Of a stretch of 64,000 nt of DNA, positions 8,220-18,367 are shown one piece after another; position 1 is the stretch's first letter, and the number at the start of each line of letters is the position of its first letter. Both the position numbers and the translations under genes were made by a program. Origin of the DNA: Candidatus Woesearchaeota archaeon (GTDB lineage Archaea > Nanobdellota > Nanobdellia > Woesearchaeales > SKIA01); assembly GCA_046704725.1 (NCBI GenBank), contig JBJKRI010000006.1:187482-251481 (forward strand), written 5' to 3'. The notes beneath the pieces were generated by a model that saw only the letters and a program-made list of their open reading frames with translations, had not been told where the DNA came from and searched no databases.

Positions 8220-10207
8220 TGCAGGACCGCGAGGAACAAGGGCACCAGCACCAGGCTCACCATGCTCATGAGCTTGATGAGGATGTTCAAGGACGGCCCG
8301 GAGGTGTCCTTGAACGGGTCGCCGACCGTGTCGCCGACGACAGCCGCCTTGTGCGGAGCAGAACCCTTGCCGCCGAGGGCGCCGCCCTCGATGAACTTCT
8401 TGGCGTTGTCCCACGCGCCACCGGCGTTCGCCATCATGAGCGCCATGAGCACTCCGGAAGCGAGCGCACCAGCGAGCATGCCGCCGAGCGCATCGAGACC
8501 GAGCGCAAAGCCGACCACGATGGGCGCGATGACGGCGAGAAGACCGGGCACGATCATCTCGTGCAAGGCGCCGCGCGTGCTGATGTCCACGCATCTCGCG
8601 TAGTCCGGCTTGGCCTTGCCCTTGAGCAAACCCTTGATCTCCTTGAACTGCCTGCGCACCTCTCCGATCATGGAGAAGGCCGCGCGACCGACCGCCTTCA
8701 TCGTGAGCGCCGTGAACAAGAACGGCAGGGCGCCGCCGATGAGCAGGCCGACGAGCGTGTTCACGTTCAGGATGTTGATCGACGTCAGGTGGCTGTGCTG
8801 CGCGAAGGTGCTGAACAAGGCCAACGCAGTGAGTGCCGCAGAGCCGATGGCGAATCCCTTGCCGATGGCGGCCGTCGTGTTACCAGCGCTGTCGAGAGCG
8901 TCGGTGCGCTTTCTCACAGCGGCTCCGAGGCCAGCCATCTCCGCGATGCCGCCCGCGTTGTCCGCGACCGGACCATAGGCGTCGACGGCGAGGCTGATGC
9001 CGAGCGTGCTGAGCATGCCGACAGCAGCGACGGCGATGCCGTACAGGCCGGCCGTCCAGTACGCGACGAGGATCGCGATCACGATGACCAGGACGGGCAA
9101 TGCCGTGCTGAGCATGCCCTGCGCGAGGCCCTCGATGATGTTAGTCGCTGTGCCTGTCTCGGAGGCCTTGACGATTGCCTGCGTCGGGGCGTACCTATCG
9201 CTCGTGAAGTACTCGGTGAGCACTCCGATGAGGATGCCCGCGACGAGCCCGGCGATGGTCGCCCAGAAGACGCCGAAATTCGGGAACAGCCAGGCGGTCA
9301 AGCCCCATGCGGCGAGCACGACAAGCACGGACGCGACGAGCAGTCCGTTGCGCAAGGCGCTGTGGATGTGCGCGTCGGTCTTGGCGCGCACGAAAAACGC
9401 GCCGATGATGCTCGCGATGATGCCCGCTCCGGCGAGGAGCAGGGGGTACGCGACGCCGTTGCCCTGGAACGCGACGAGTCCGAGCGCCATCGCTGCGATG
9501 ACGCTGCCCACGTAGGATTCATAGAGGTCGGCTCCCATGCCAGCCACGTCTCCCACGTTGTCGCCGACGTTGTCCGCGACGACAGCAGGGTTTCTCGGGT
9601 CATCCTCGGGGATGCCCGCCTCGAGCTTGCCGACCAGGTCGGCACCGACGTCAGCGGCCTTGGTGTAGATACCGCCGCCGACACGCGCGAACAAGGCGAT
9701 GCTCGACGCGCCGAAGCCGAAGCCGAAGAGGGCCTCGATCATGGCGGTGCCGCCGATGACAGAGCCGCCGATCCACAAGAGCAGGCTGATACCCAGAAGG
9801 CCGAGGCCGACGACGGCCAGGCCCATGACGGCTCCACTGCGGAACGCGACGATAAGGCCCTTGTTGAGGCTCTTTCTCGCGGCAGCAGCGGCGCGCACGT
9901 TGCTCTTTGTAGCGGTGCGCATGCCGATGAAGCCGGCGGCCGCGGACAGCGACGCGCCGACGATAAAGGCGATCGCCGTCCAGATCCCGATGAAAATCCC
10001 GAGGAGGATCGCCACGATCACTCCGTAGACAGCGAGCACTGTGTACTCGCGACGGAGGAACGCCATCGCGCCTTCGCGGATGGCCTGGGCGATCTCCTGC
10101 ATCTGTTTGGTGCCGGCATCGGCCGCGCTGTTGCGCCAGTACAAGACCGCGCACGCGATAAGGCCGACGATTGCCGCACCGATGGTCAGCAGTAGAGTCA
10201 AATCCAT
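8216..10207 (-). CDS. hppA: Membrane-bound pyrophosphatase, probably K+-dependent and Na+-translocating
   Basis: [39 protein letters not shown]; GNTTAA (Ala marks the K+-dependent subfamily). Confidence 0.95.
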   Translation of the reverse strand: MDLTLLLTIGAAIVGLIACAVLYWRNSAADAGTKQMQEIAQAIREGAMAFLRREYTVLAVYGVIVAILLGIFIGIWTAIAFIVGASLSAAAGFIGMRTATKSNVRAAAAARKSLNKGLIVAFRSGAVMGLAVVGLGLLGISLLLWIGGSVIGGTAMIEALFGFGFGASSIALFARVGGGIYTKAADVGADLVGKLEAGIPEDDPRNPAVVADNVGDNVGDVAGMGADLYESYVGSVIAAMALGLVAFQGNGVAYPLLLAGAGIIASIIGAFFVRAKTDAHIHSALRNGLLVASVLVVLAAWGLTAWLFPNFGVFWATIAGLVAGILIGVLTEYFTSDRYAPTQAIVKASETGTATNIIEGLAQGMLSTALPVLVIVIAILVAYWTAGLYGIAVAAVGMLSTLGISLAVDAYGPVADNAGGIAEMAGLGAAVRKRTDALDSAGNTTAAIGKGFAIGSAALTALALFSTFAQHSHLTSINILNVNTLVGLLIGGALPFLFTALTMKAVGRAAFSMIGEVRRQFKEIKGLLKGKAKPDYARCVDISTRGALHEMIVPGLLAVIAPIVVGFALGLDALGGMLAGALASGVLMALMMANAGGAWDNAKKFIEGGALGGKGSAPHKAAVVGDTVGDPFKDTSGPSLNILIKLMSMVSLVLVPLFLAVLH

Positions 10208-10300
10208 GTGTATCGTTCCGGATTCACTTGCAATCAGTGAGTCCTCTATCGGAGGGCAGCAAGGGGCTTTTTATAAGCGTTGCGCGAACAATAGGCCTGT

Positions 10301-10846
10301 ATGATCATCGGCGTCACCGGACTCAACGGTAGCGGGAAGACGAGCGCGGCAGTATTTCTCACGCAGCATGGCTTTTTGCAGTGCAACGCGCGCGACCTGA
10401 TAAAAGAGTACACGCGGCGGTACGGATTGCCGGACAACAGGGACGGTTGGCGCGAAACGGCCGTCCGGATGCGCGACGAGCACGGGCCGGCCTTCATCGT
10501 CGAGGAATACATCAGACGCTTTCCTGATGAGGACATCGTCATCGAGAGCATCCGTAACGTCTTCGAGGCGCGTCTCATCAAGGAGAAGGGCACACTGCTC
10601 GCGGTCGAAGCGCCGCGCGAGGTCCGGTTCGAGCGCCTGCGCAGGCGCGGGAACGCGACGTTCTCGTCCTTCAAGGACTTCGTCCGGCTCGAGGAGGCGG
10701 AGTTCGCGAACGCCGAGGATGACAAGAACAATCTCCAGGAGTGCGTGCGGCTCGCGGACATGCATATCGTGAACGATGGGACGCAAGCGGCGTTCGAGAA
10801 AGCGCTTTTCGACGTCTTGGAGCGTCTTCGTGGCTCCGAATCCTGA
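10301..10846 (+). CDS. P-loop kinase (archaeal dephospho-CoA/cytidylate kinase-like)
   Basis: MIIGVTGLNGSGKT, VIESIRN, RFERLRRRG, ADMHIVNDG. Confidence 0.8.
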   Translation: MIIGVTGLNGSGKTSAAVFLTQHGFLQCNARDLIKEYTRRYGLPDNRDGWRETAVRMRDEHGPAFIVEEYIRRFPDEDIVIESIRNVFEARLIKEKGTLLAVEAPREVRFERLRRRGNATFSSFKDFVRLEEAEFANAEDDKNNLQECVRLADMHIVNDGTQAAFEKALFDVLERLRGSES

Positions 10847-10914
10847 ACAGTGTGGGAAAAAGGCCACTAGAAGCGCAGGCTTTATATATGATGCTTTCCG
10901 GGGCGCGAGCAACA

Positions 10915-11301
10915 GTGATCGTCCCGCAGCATGAACTGGTTTTCGATTCCAACCTCGTCACAGTGCTGCGCGATGGGATTGTCGTCGGGAGATGGCGGCA
11001 TAAGGACTTCTATGACTGGGCGAGCGTCCATTCCCGGAGGGACGCACGCAGATTCCAACTCGCCGAGCTCGAAGCAGCGCTGGAGAGCGAACCGAAAGCT
11101 GTACTCTATGTGGAGATGCGCACAAGAATGAATGTCGGAGTGCAGCACACCATCAACTATTTCGCCCAGGATGCCGGTCCAAAAATCCATCAGGCGGTCA
11201 GCACGTATCTGGATGAGTTGAACCGCCATCCATATCAGCAAGAAGAAATCCCGGAGATTCCCCGCCACCGGTTCTTGCACTCCCTACGCCCAGCGGCGTA
11301 A
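10915..11301 (+). CDS. Hypothetical protein (orphan)
   Basis: ORF between two housekeeping genes; TTTATATA at 10881-10888 places the likely start at GTG 10915. Confidence 0.5.
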   Translation: MIVPQHELVFDSNLVTVLRDGIVVGRWRHKDFYDWASVHSRRDARRFQLAELEAALESEPKAVLYVEMRTRMNVGVQHTINYFAQDAGPKIHQAVSTYLDELNRHPYQQEEIPEIPRHRFLHSLRPAA

Positions 11302-11331
11302 GTACTTAAATCGCAGAAGGTTCTACAAGGC

Positions 11332-12363
11332 ATGGCACTCACGCGCGCGGAACTCCATGATTTTGCAGAGCGCGTGAAGAATGCCGGCCGACCGTTGGTG
11401 TTCTTCGACGACGATCCTGATGGACTATCAGCGTACCTGCTCGTGCGGGCGGCGAATCCCGACGCCATCGGCGTGCCCGCTATGCGCGGGCCGAAGCTGG
11501 ACGCGGACTTCGCGCGCAAGGTCGAGGAGAACCTGCCGGACCTCGTCGTCATCCTCGACAAGCCGCGCGTCTCGCCGGATTTCTTCACGAACGTCAAGAC
11601 AGATGTTCTTTGGCTCGATCATCACACGCCACCGCCCGAGCGCACGCACGCAGCGTACCTCAATCCGTTGCTGCACAACGCGCGCGACAACCGCTCCACG
11701 AGCTACTGGGTCTACCGCGCGCTGGGCGGGCCGTTGTGGATCGCTGCTGTCGGGACGACGAGCGACTGGTTCACCGACCTGCTGTCGCCCCTCGCGAAGT
11801 CGCATCCGAGCGTGCTGGACAAAGAGACGACGATAGAGAAGACGCTCTACGGCACGCCGCTCGGGGAACTCGTGCGCTGGTTCACCTTCCTGCTCAAGGG
11901 ACGCTCGAGCGAGGTCAAGCGACGGATCGCCACGCTTTCTCGCATCGAAGGGCCCGAGGAACTGCTCGGGCGCAAGTCGCCGCGGGCGCGCTTCCTTTGG
12001 AAAGAGGCCAAGCCGTTGCGCGAGGAGTACGAACGGCAACGGAAAGAAGCGATGGACACGCGCGTCAAGGATGGATTGTACGTGCACATCTTCTCGGGAC
12101 TGCGCACGTCATTGGTGAAAGAAGTGGCCAACGAGATGCTCGTGCGAAAAAGCGCGAAGCTCATCATCGTCGGGAGGCGGTCGAACGATGAGATCAAGTT
12201 CTCGATGCGCTCGCAGAAAAAGGATTGCCGGCGGGTGCTCGAAAACGCGCTCAAAGGCATCGACGGCTACGGCGGCGGCCACAAGGCGGCTGCCGGCGGC
12301 GCGGTGAAGGAGAAGGACTGGGACGCGTTCGTCGAACGCCTGAAAAGCAATGAACAAGTCTAG
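11332..12363 (+). CDS. DHH-family phosphoesterase with DHHA1 domain
   Basis: DDDPDG, ILD, LDHH and C-terminal GGGHKAAAG. Confidence 0.9.
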   Translation: MALTRAELHDFAERVKNAGRPLVFFDDDPDGLSAYLLVRAANPDAIGVPAMRGPKLDADFARKVEENLPDLVVILDKPRVSPDFFTNVKTDVLWLDHHTPPPERTHAAYLNPLLHNARDNRSTSYWVYRALGGPLWIAAVGTTSDWFTDLLSPLAKSHPSVLDKETTIEKTLYGTPLGELVRWFTFLLKGRSSEVKRRIATLSRIEGPEELLGRKSPRARFLWKEAKPLREEYERQRKEAMDTRVKDGLYVHIFSGLRTSLVKEVANEMLVRKSAKLIIVGRRSNDEIKFSMRSQKKDCRRVLENALKGIDGYGGGHKAAAGGAVKEKDWDAFVERLKSNEQV

Positions 12364-13718
12364 AACTTGAGTCCTGGCATGCCGCCGCCACCCATGCGCT
12401 TCATGAGTTTTTGCATCTGCTTCTCGGAGCTCTTGCCCTTGAGCATCTTCATCATCTTCTTGGACTGGCGGTACTGCTTGAGCATCTGCCGCAATTCCTT
12501 CTCGGGCTGCCCCGAGCCGGCGCTGATGCGCGCGATGCGCGCGGCATTGATGGCCTCCGGATCTTCCAATTCACGCTTGGTCATGCTGTCCATGAGATAA
12601 CGCCATTTCTCCAACGACGCCTCCTGGGCCTGCAAGGCCTCCTTGGGGATGCCCGCGGCCGACATACCAGGGATCATATCGAGGACCTTGTTCAAGGGAC
12701 CCATCTTCTTCATGGCCTGCATCTGCTCATGCATGTCAAGAAGCGAGAAGTCGCCCTTGAGCAGTTTCTTGGTGAGATCCTGCGCCTCCTCCTCGTCGAT
12801 CGCGAGCTTGGCCTTCTCCAACAACGCTTCCATGTCGCCCATGCCCAGGAGGCGACCGACGAAGTTCTTGGGGCGGAACTCCTCGAGTGCGTCGATCTTC
12901 TCGCCGACGCCGACGAACACGACCGGAGCGCCGGTCACGGCACACGCGGACAAGGCGCCGCCGCCCTTGGCGGTGCCGTCGAGCTTGGTGATGACGACGC
13001 CCGTGACGCCGACGGCGTCGTGGAACATCTGCGCCTGCTTTTGCGCGGACTGGCCGAGGTCGGCCGCGATGACGAGCAGCTTGGCATCGGCCTGCACGGC
13101 CTTGTCGATGCTCGATATCTCGTCCACGAGCTCGTCGTTGAGGGCGTCGCGTCCTGCCGTGTCGCAGACGACGATGTCCGCTTCCTTCGCTTCAGATGCG
13201 AACTTCTTCCAGATCTTCGCGGGGTCCTTCTCCTTCGGATCGCCGTAGACGGGGACGCCCACCTGAGCGCCGAGTTGCTTGAGCTGCTCGAAGGCCGCGG
13301 GACGCCACGTGTCCGTGGACACCAAGGCGACCTTCTTTCCGCGCGTGGTGAAGTACTTGGCGAGCTTGCCCGCCAGGGTCGTCTTGCCGTTGCCGAACAG
13401 GCCGACGAGCATGATGACAAACGGCTTCTTGGAGATTGTGAGACCCTTGGAGTCGCCGCCGAGGAACGTCGTGAGCTCCTCGTAGACGATGTTAAGGAGC
13501 TGCTCTTTCTTGGTGAGGCCCGCGGGGGTGGGCTGCTTGGCGCGCTCCTTGATGTTATTCGATAGCTCGAAGACGAGCTTGACGTTGACGTCGGAATGCA
13601 GAAGCGAGCGCTGGATGTCCTTGACGATCTCGTTGATGAGCTTCTCGTCGACGTAGACCGCGCCCGTCAGCTTGCTGAGGGCTTTTCGCAGGCCGTCTCC
13701 GAGGTTGTCGAGGACCAT
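12360..13718 (-). CDS. srp54: Signal recognition particle protein SRP54
   Basis: GLFGNGKTT, DTWRPAA, DTAGR, TKLDGTAKGGG and Met-rich M domain. Confidence 0.97.
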   Translation of the reverse strand: MVLDNLGDGLRKALSKLTGAVYVDEKLINEIVKDIQRSLLHSDVNVKLVFELSNNIKERAKQPTPAGLTKKEQLLNIVYEELTTFLGGDSKGLTISKKPFVIMLVGLFGNGKTTLAGKLAKYFTTRGKKVALVSTDTWRPAAFEQLKQLGAQVGVPVYGDPKEKDPAKIWKKFASEAKEADIVVCDTAGRDALNDELVDEISSIDKAVQADAKLLVIAADLGQSAQKQAQMFHDAVGVTGVVITKLDGTAKGGGALSACAVTGAPVVFVGVGEKIDALEEFRPKNFVGRLLGMGDMEALLEKAKLAIDEEEAQDLTKKLLKGDFSLLDMHEQMQAMKKMGPLNKVLDMIPGMSAAGIPKEALQAQEASLEKWRYLMDSMTKRELEDPEAINAARIARISAGSGQPEKELRQMLKQYRQSKKMMKMLKGKSSEKQMQKLMKRMGGGGMPGLKF

Positions 13719-13807
13719 GGTGGTGCAGAAACGCTTGGTGTTTATATTGGTGGGTGTTCGGGCGGAGCAGCATCACTTATAAACCGCCGTCGATTGCCAG
13801 CAGACAC

Positions 13808-13910
13808 GCGTCCGTGGTGCATCAGAGCGCGAGCGATGATGCCTCACGGAGGCCGATAGGCGTCCGTGGTGCCGCATGGCTCCGCAGGCGACACAAAGGC
13901 GTCCGTGGTG
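13808..13910 (+). repeat. Three direct copies of GCGTCCGTGGTG; the third is the tRNA-Gly 5' end
   Basis: Exact 12-mers at 13808-13819, 13860-13871 and 13899-13910. Confidence 0.9.
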
Positions 13911-13969
13911 TAGTGGTAACACCCTGGCCTTCCAAGCCGGAGCTGCGGGTTCGATTCCCGCCGGGCGCA
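13899..13969 (+). tRNA. tRNA-Gly(TCC)
   Basis: Acceptor stem GCGTCCG/CGGGCGC, D-arm GTGT/ACAC, anticodon loop CT-TCC-AA, T-arm GCGGG-TTCGATT-CCCGC. Confidence 0.93.
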
Positions 13970-14009
13970 GTCAGCACGATTTTTATACTGCTCCCCGATT
14001 AGCGGACTC

Positions 14010-14648
14010 ATGACAGTCCTCGTGCTCGCTCCGCATCCAGACGACGAGGCCCTCGGGCCCGGAGGCACCATCGCACGACTGTCCAGCCAGGGCGAGCGCG
14101 TCGTCGTGGTCATCTTCAGCATGGGCGAGGGCAGCCATCCCTGGCAGCGCCAGGAAGCCATCATCGAGACCCGCAGGAAAGAGGCGTTGGAGGCGAGCAA
14201 GATCCTCGGCACGGCAGAGACCATCTTCTTCGCGCTCAAGGATTTCTCGCTGGGGACGGAGATCGTCGAGAAGGATGTCGCTTCGCAACTCTACGAGGTC
14301 ATCGAGCGTGAGAAACCGCGCATGATCTTCACGACGGCTGTGGACGACTGGTATCCCGACCATCGCGCCGTGGCCAACCTGGTCATCGCCGTTCACGACA
14401 AGCACAAGCTCCAGACGCCGATCTGGATGTACACCGTGTGGAATCCATTGTACACGAAGTACCGCAACCAACCACGATTGGTGGTGGACATCACCAAGCA
14501 GTTCCGCACGAAATGGCGCGCCATCCACGCGCACCAGAGCCAGAAGATCAGCACCTACCAACTCATTCCGACAGTCATGCTGCGCAGCTTCATCCACGGG
14601 CTGCGGCACGGCTACCAGATGGCAGAGGTGTTCTTGAAAGCACGATGA
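14010..14648 (+). CDS. PIG-L/LmbE family deacetylase
   Basis: APHPDDE, RRKEA, YPDH and HQSQ motifs. Confidence 0.9.
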   Translation: MTVLVLAPHPDDEALGPGGTIARLSSQGERVVVVIFSMGEGSHPWQRQEAIIETRRKEALEASKILGTAETIFFALKDFSLGTEIVEKDVASQLYEVIEREKPRMIFTTAVDDWYPDHRAVANLVIAVHDKHKLQTPIWMYTVWNPLYTKYRNQPRLVVDITKQFRTKWRAIHAHQSQKISTYQLIPTVMLRSFIHGLRHGYQMAEVFLKAR

Positions 14649-15754
14649 AGATCCTTATCGCCACGGACAACTACCCGCCGCGCTACGACGGCATCAGCCG
14701 CTTCCTGCAGGAGATCATCCCCGCATTGCGCACGAAGCACGAGGTGCACGTCATCGCCCCGGACTTCGGGCCGACAGACGACGACTGGCCCGTCACCAAA
14801 CTGCCTGTGGTACGCTGGCGCGTCGGCGACTTCCATCCCGCGGCGCTGCATCCGTTCCGCATCTTCACGGCCGTCCGCAAGGCGGAGGTCGTCTTCCTGC
14901 AGTCACTGGGGAGCGTCGGCATGATCGCGGCGTTCTGGGCCAAAATGCTTCGCAAGCGCATCGTGTTCTACACACACAGCATCGAGTGGGAACTCCTGCC
15001 GCGCGCTCTCGGGGGACAGGTGTCGCGCCGCCTGCTCCCGCGCATCCTACAGGCCATCGACCGCGTGGTCTACGGGTGGTGCTCGTTGCTGCTGGTTCCC
15101 TCCACGAACATCAGCGAGACATTGTACTGGCACCGCATCGAGGGAAAACGCGTCATCATCAACCTCGGGGTCGACACGAAGAAGTTCGTTCCCGCGAAGA
15201 GCAAAGCGGCGGCGAAGAAGCGCGTCGGCATCGAACCGGACGCTTTCGTTGTCGGCTACCACGGACGGCTCGCGAGGGAGAAGGACTTACGCACCCTGCT
15301 GCGCGGCTACCTACGCTTCGCGGCCAAGCACGAGAACACGCATTTGTTGATCGTCGGGGACGGGCTGCGCGAGATACGCAGGCTGTTCGAGCGCGACGGC
15401 GTTACCGTCACTGGATTCCAGGAGGATGTCGTTCCTTTCCTGCAGGCGATGGACGCCTACGTGCTCTCCTCATTGACGGAGACGAGCTGTCTGTCCGTCA
15501 TGGAGGCAATGGCGTGCGGGATACCTGTCGTGAGCACGCCTGTCGGCTACGTCCAGGACTACATCAAGGATGGAAAGAACGGGCTGCTGTTCGCCGAACG
15601 CGACACCGTCGCGCTGGCCAAGTATCTCACCGAGCTCGCGGAGAACAAGAAGCTGCGCACCCGTTTAGGCCGGAACGCACGCAATTCGATAATACGGCGT
15701 TTCGGCTGGGACAAGACCAGGGAACAGGTGCTCGACGTGTTCGACCGGCTGTGA
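14645..15754 (+). CDS. Glycosyltransferase family 4
   Basis: MKILIATDNYPP start (ATGA overlap), GRLAREK, ETSCLSVMEAMACG. Confidence 0.92.
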   Translation: MKILIATDNYPPRYDGISRFLQEIIPALRTKHEVHVIAPDFGPTDDDWPVTKLPVVRWRVGDFHPAALHPFRIFTAVRKAEVVFLQSLGSVGMIAAFWAKMLRKRIVFYTHSIEWELLPRALGGQVSRRLLPRILQAIDRVVYGWCSLLLVPSTNISETLYWHRIEGKRVIINLGVDTKKFVPAKSKAAAKKRVGIEPDAFVVGYHGRLAREKDLRTLLRGYLRFAAKHENTHLLIVGDGLREIRRLFERDGVTVTGFQEDVVPFLQAMDAYVLSSLTETSCLSVMEAMACGIPVVSTPVGYVQDYIKDGKNGLLFAERDTVALAKYLTELAENKKLRTRLGRNARNSIIRRFGWDKTREQVLDVFDRL

Positions 15755-15757
15755 GCG

Positions 15758-16600
15758 TCAATCGACCATCTGCGAGGGCCACTTGCCCCAACGGGTGTTC
15801 AGGATCTCGCGCGCCGACGCGCCGTCCATGCTCATGCCCAAAGTGTCCTTGAGCATACGCTTCCCCCAATGCCTGAAGCGCAGATCAGATACACCATTCT
15901 TCCGCAATCGCTTCAGATGGACCTCGAGCTGCGTCCTGCCGAGGAGTTCGACGGCGCCGCTCCGCTCCCATGGTCTACGCGCAGCGGCTCCGGTCGAGAG
16001 CAGCGCGTCCAACGCGGCGAGCTCGCTCACGTATTGCAACGCACTGCCTGCGTACTCGGGACGATCGATGATCTCTATCGGCTCTTCGAGGAAAGAGGAC
16101 GCGCATCGGGTCGCCGCCTCAGCGATGAGCCTAGTGGCATGAAACAATCCTGCGTCCCAAGTGAGACGATTCGGAGCGATATCGAACTCTCGCGCCCAGA
16201 TATCGACCGCGATTGCGATGTCGTCTTGGATCTGTTCGCGGGTGTCCAGTCCGGTGTTCGCCCTGTATCGCAGCACCTCCGGACCCTGGATGACGAGCAC
16301 CCCCTGACGACCATCCCCCATCGCCCGATAATCCTTATTGATGACGACCTCGCCCGGGAAGTCGGTGAACTGGAAGAGGATTTCCGCAAGGGCGGCATAG
16401 GCCTGGGAATTGTTCCAGGAACGATAGTCGCGCGTGCGCACATACTCGTGCTCCCTTTTCTGACGGCGACGCATCAAACGGTCATAGTGCCGTCCGGCAT
16501 CGAGGAAAGAGCTCTCCGCGGCCTGCGCGTAGGAGTTCGCGATCGTCTGAGAGACAGGAACGGCGGTGATTGTTCCATCGGTCAGTCGGTCCAAGCCCAT
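15758..16600 (-). CDS. Hypothetical protein (orphan, helical)
   Basis: 280-aa ORF with its own TTTATAT box about 25 bp upstream. Confidence 0.6.
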   Translation of the reverse strand: MGLDRLTDGTITAVPVSQTIANSYAQAAESSFLDAGRHYDRLMRRRQKREHEYVRTRDYRSWNNSQAYAALAEILFQFTDFPGEVVINKDYRAMGDGRQGVLVIQGPEVLRYRANTGLDTREQIQDDIAIAVDIWAREFDIAPNRLTWDAGLFHATRLIAEAATRCASSFLEEPIEIIDRPEYAGSALQYVSELAALDALLSTGAAARRPWERSGAVELLGRTQLEVHLKRLRKNGVSDLRFRHWGKRMLKDTLGMSMDGASAREILNTRWGKWPSQMVD

Positions 16601-16690
16601 TGGGTCCTCACGGAGAAGTGGTCAATATAAAAGGATATTGGGGAGAAGCGAACGGAAAGGAACGAATAGGCTCTCCAAGCCCTGCCTCAA

Positions 16691-18322
16691 TCATCGATGC
16701 TTCTCTTCCTCCCGCTCAGGGATTTCGAGGGGCTGGAAGCCGAGAATACGCCTCCCGAGCTGCGGACCCCGGACCCCATTCAGGATGTACGTGACGAGCT
16801 TCTTGCATTGAGGGCGCATCTCGTAGGAAAATTGTCTCGCGGACCACTTATCCTGCCCGTGCCGGAGGAAGCGAGACGCGTACTTGATATTAGCACGCGT
16901 GACGTCTTTCACGATGCTCGCATGCACAGCGGCTTCACCAGAAGGATCGCCGTAGAGCAAGGCGCTGTCCAAGGCCCAGGCATCAGAGACGATTGAACGA
17001 CGCAGGTTCTCGATGAACACCTCTGTTCCGTCCATCGGCGCTTGGACATCCCGCAGGGATGCGTGGTAGAGCATGACCGCCATGGTGCTCAAGTGCTGAA
17101 GCTCGTGGAAAGATTCAGGCTCCTTGCCGATGCCGTAGGCATACACTAACCGGCTCACGCCTTCATGGAGCCCTGCGAGGAAGTCAGTGGCCGAATCCCA
17201 CTCGGACGGCGGGACAGAAGCGACCGCCGGTAGGCGAGGCAGAGGAGGCATGGCATACACATCGCTCTCCCTCTCTTGGAACATCAATGGCAATGAGAAG
17301 CCGAACACCGTCTTACTGACCTTCCTGCTCAGATGGGCGAGCGAGCGGTTCTCCGGATTGTCGACGAAGCCGAGATATCGCGAGGACCATTCCTTATAGG
17401 CGTCCTCCGCCTGCGCAACAGGATCGATCATCCCTTTCGGGAAGAAGATGGGCAGGGCGTTTTCAAGGGTCTCCGCGCTGACAGTCCAATCGGGCGGAAA
17501 GTGCGTATCGGCGAGATCGCTCGGCGCCAATCCGGAGACATCATGGAACAAGGCTCTCCCGTGGGATTCCTCGCTGCGCTCGGAGAGATAGGCAGCTATC
17601 CGGTCCATACCCCTCACGAACCAGTCGCGATGCTCAATCCTAGCATCCACCCCACGCACAGTTGAGCGCAGATAGGACTGAATCACTTCGGAGCGCGAGA
17701 CATCCAGCAGCGCGAGCGATTGTTCATCGCCGAGCAGCGTATCCAAAGCGAGCGCTCCCCCGATGAGCGAGACGGATATGTCGAGGTAGGGTGGAAAGTC
17801 GAAATCATAGGAGATCGTGAGATTGGACAGGCTCGCCAGATACAGACCGGACAGAGCGTCCTTCAGGCAATCGAACAAACGGGCGTCCTTATGCCGCATC
17901 GTCCCATTATTCTTGTCATAGAAGAAGTGCAAGGGCCAGTCGCGCACCCGGCGCTGGAGGACGGGAAGCAGCCGCCTGCGCTCGTCCAGAGTGATATCGA
18001 GCGGAAGGGTGTTAATCCTCAGACCGTCACGCGTTTCCATCCGCCTGGAATCGGCATGCTGCGCGATCAACGGGAAACTCGTCAATCCATAGGCAGCCTC
18101 CAGCAACGTAGTGACCTCATCGGTCGCCACGATCGCGTTGGCATACCTGTCAGGGTCCCGCACGCGCATATCCGCGAGCGAAGCGCGCGCCATATCCTCG
18201 AGCGTGGTGATGACCCTCGATGCGTCCTCAATCGGCATCTCGTCCGAATACGGCAAGAATATACCTGAACGCACGACAGGAAAGACATTGACAGGTCGCT
18301 CCGAGGCCGTCTCTTCTACCAT
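16691..18322 (-). CDS. Large hypothetical protein (orphan)
   Basis: About 543-aa ORF from MVEETASE; TTTAAG upstream; no motif recognised. Confidence 0.65.
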   Translation of the reverse strand: MVEETASERPVNVFPVVRSGIFLPYSDEMPIEDASRVITTLEDMARASLADMRVRDPDRYANAIVATDEVTTLLEAAYGLTSFPLIAQHADSRRMETRDGLRINTLPLDITLDERRRLLPVLQRRVRDWPLHFFYDKNNGTMRHKDARLFDCLKDALSGLYLASLSNLTISYDFDFPPYLDISVSLIGGALALDTLLGDEQSLALLDVSRSEVIQSYLRSTVRGVDARIEHRDWFVRGMDRIAAYLSERSEESHGRALFHDVSGLAPSDLADTHFPPDWTVSAETLENALPIFFPKGMIDPVAQAEDAYKEWSSRYLGFVDNPENRSLAHLSRKVSKTVFGFSLPLMFQERESDVYAMPPLPRLPAVASVPPSEWDSATDFLAGLHEGVSRLVYAYGIGKEPESFHELQHLSTMAVMLYHASLRDVQAPMDGTEVFIENLRRSIVSDAWALDSALLYGDPSGEAAVHASIVKDVTRANIKYASRFLRHGQDKWSARQFSYEMRPQCKKLVTYILNGVRGPQLGRRILGFQPLEIPEREEEKHR

Positions 18323-18367
18323 CACTCCCCAAGGATAATTCAAGACGCCTGCTTAAATGCTTTGCGC

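Noticed and set aside
13750-13850. Fluoride-riboswitch-like fragments (TAAACCGC ... GATGATGCCT)
   Set aside because: The GATGG-N-GTTC P1 core is not properly formed, the spacing is too long, the fragment overlaps a TATA box, and no crcB-type gene follows.
13808-13910. CRISPR array or tandem BHB introns as the explanation for the triple repeat
   Set aside because: The repeats are only 12-14 bp with unequal spacers and equal the tRNA 5' end; there are no cas genes; no register gave a proper bulge-helix-bulge. Kept as an unexplained finding instead.
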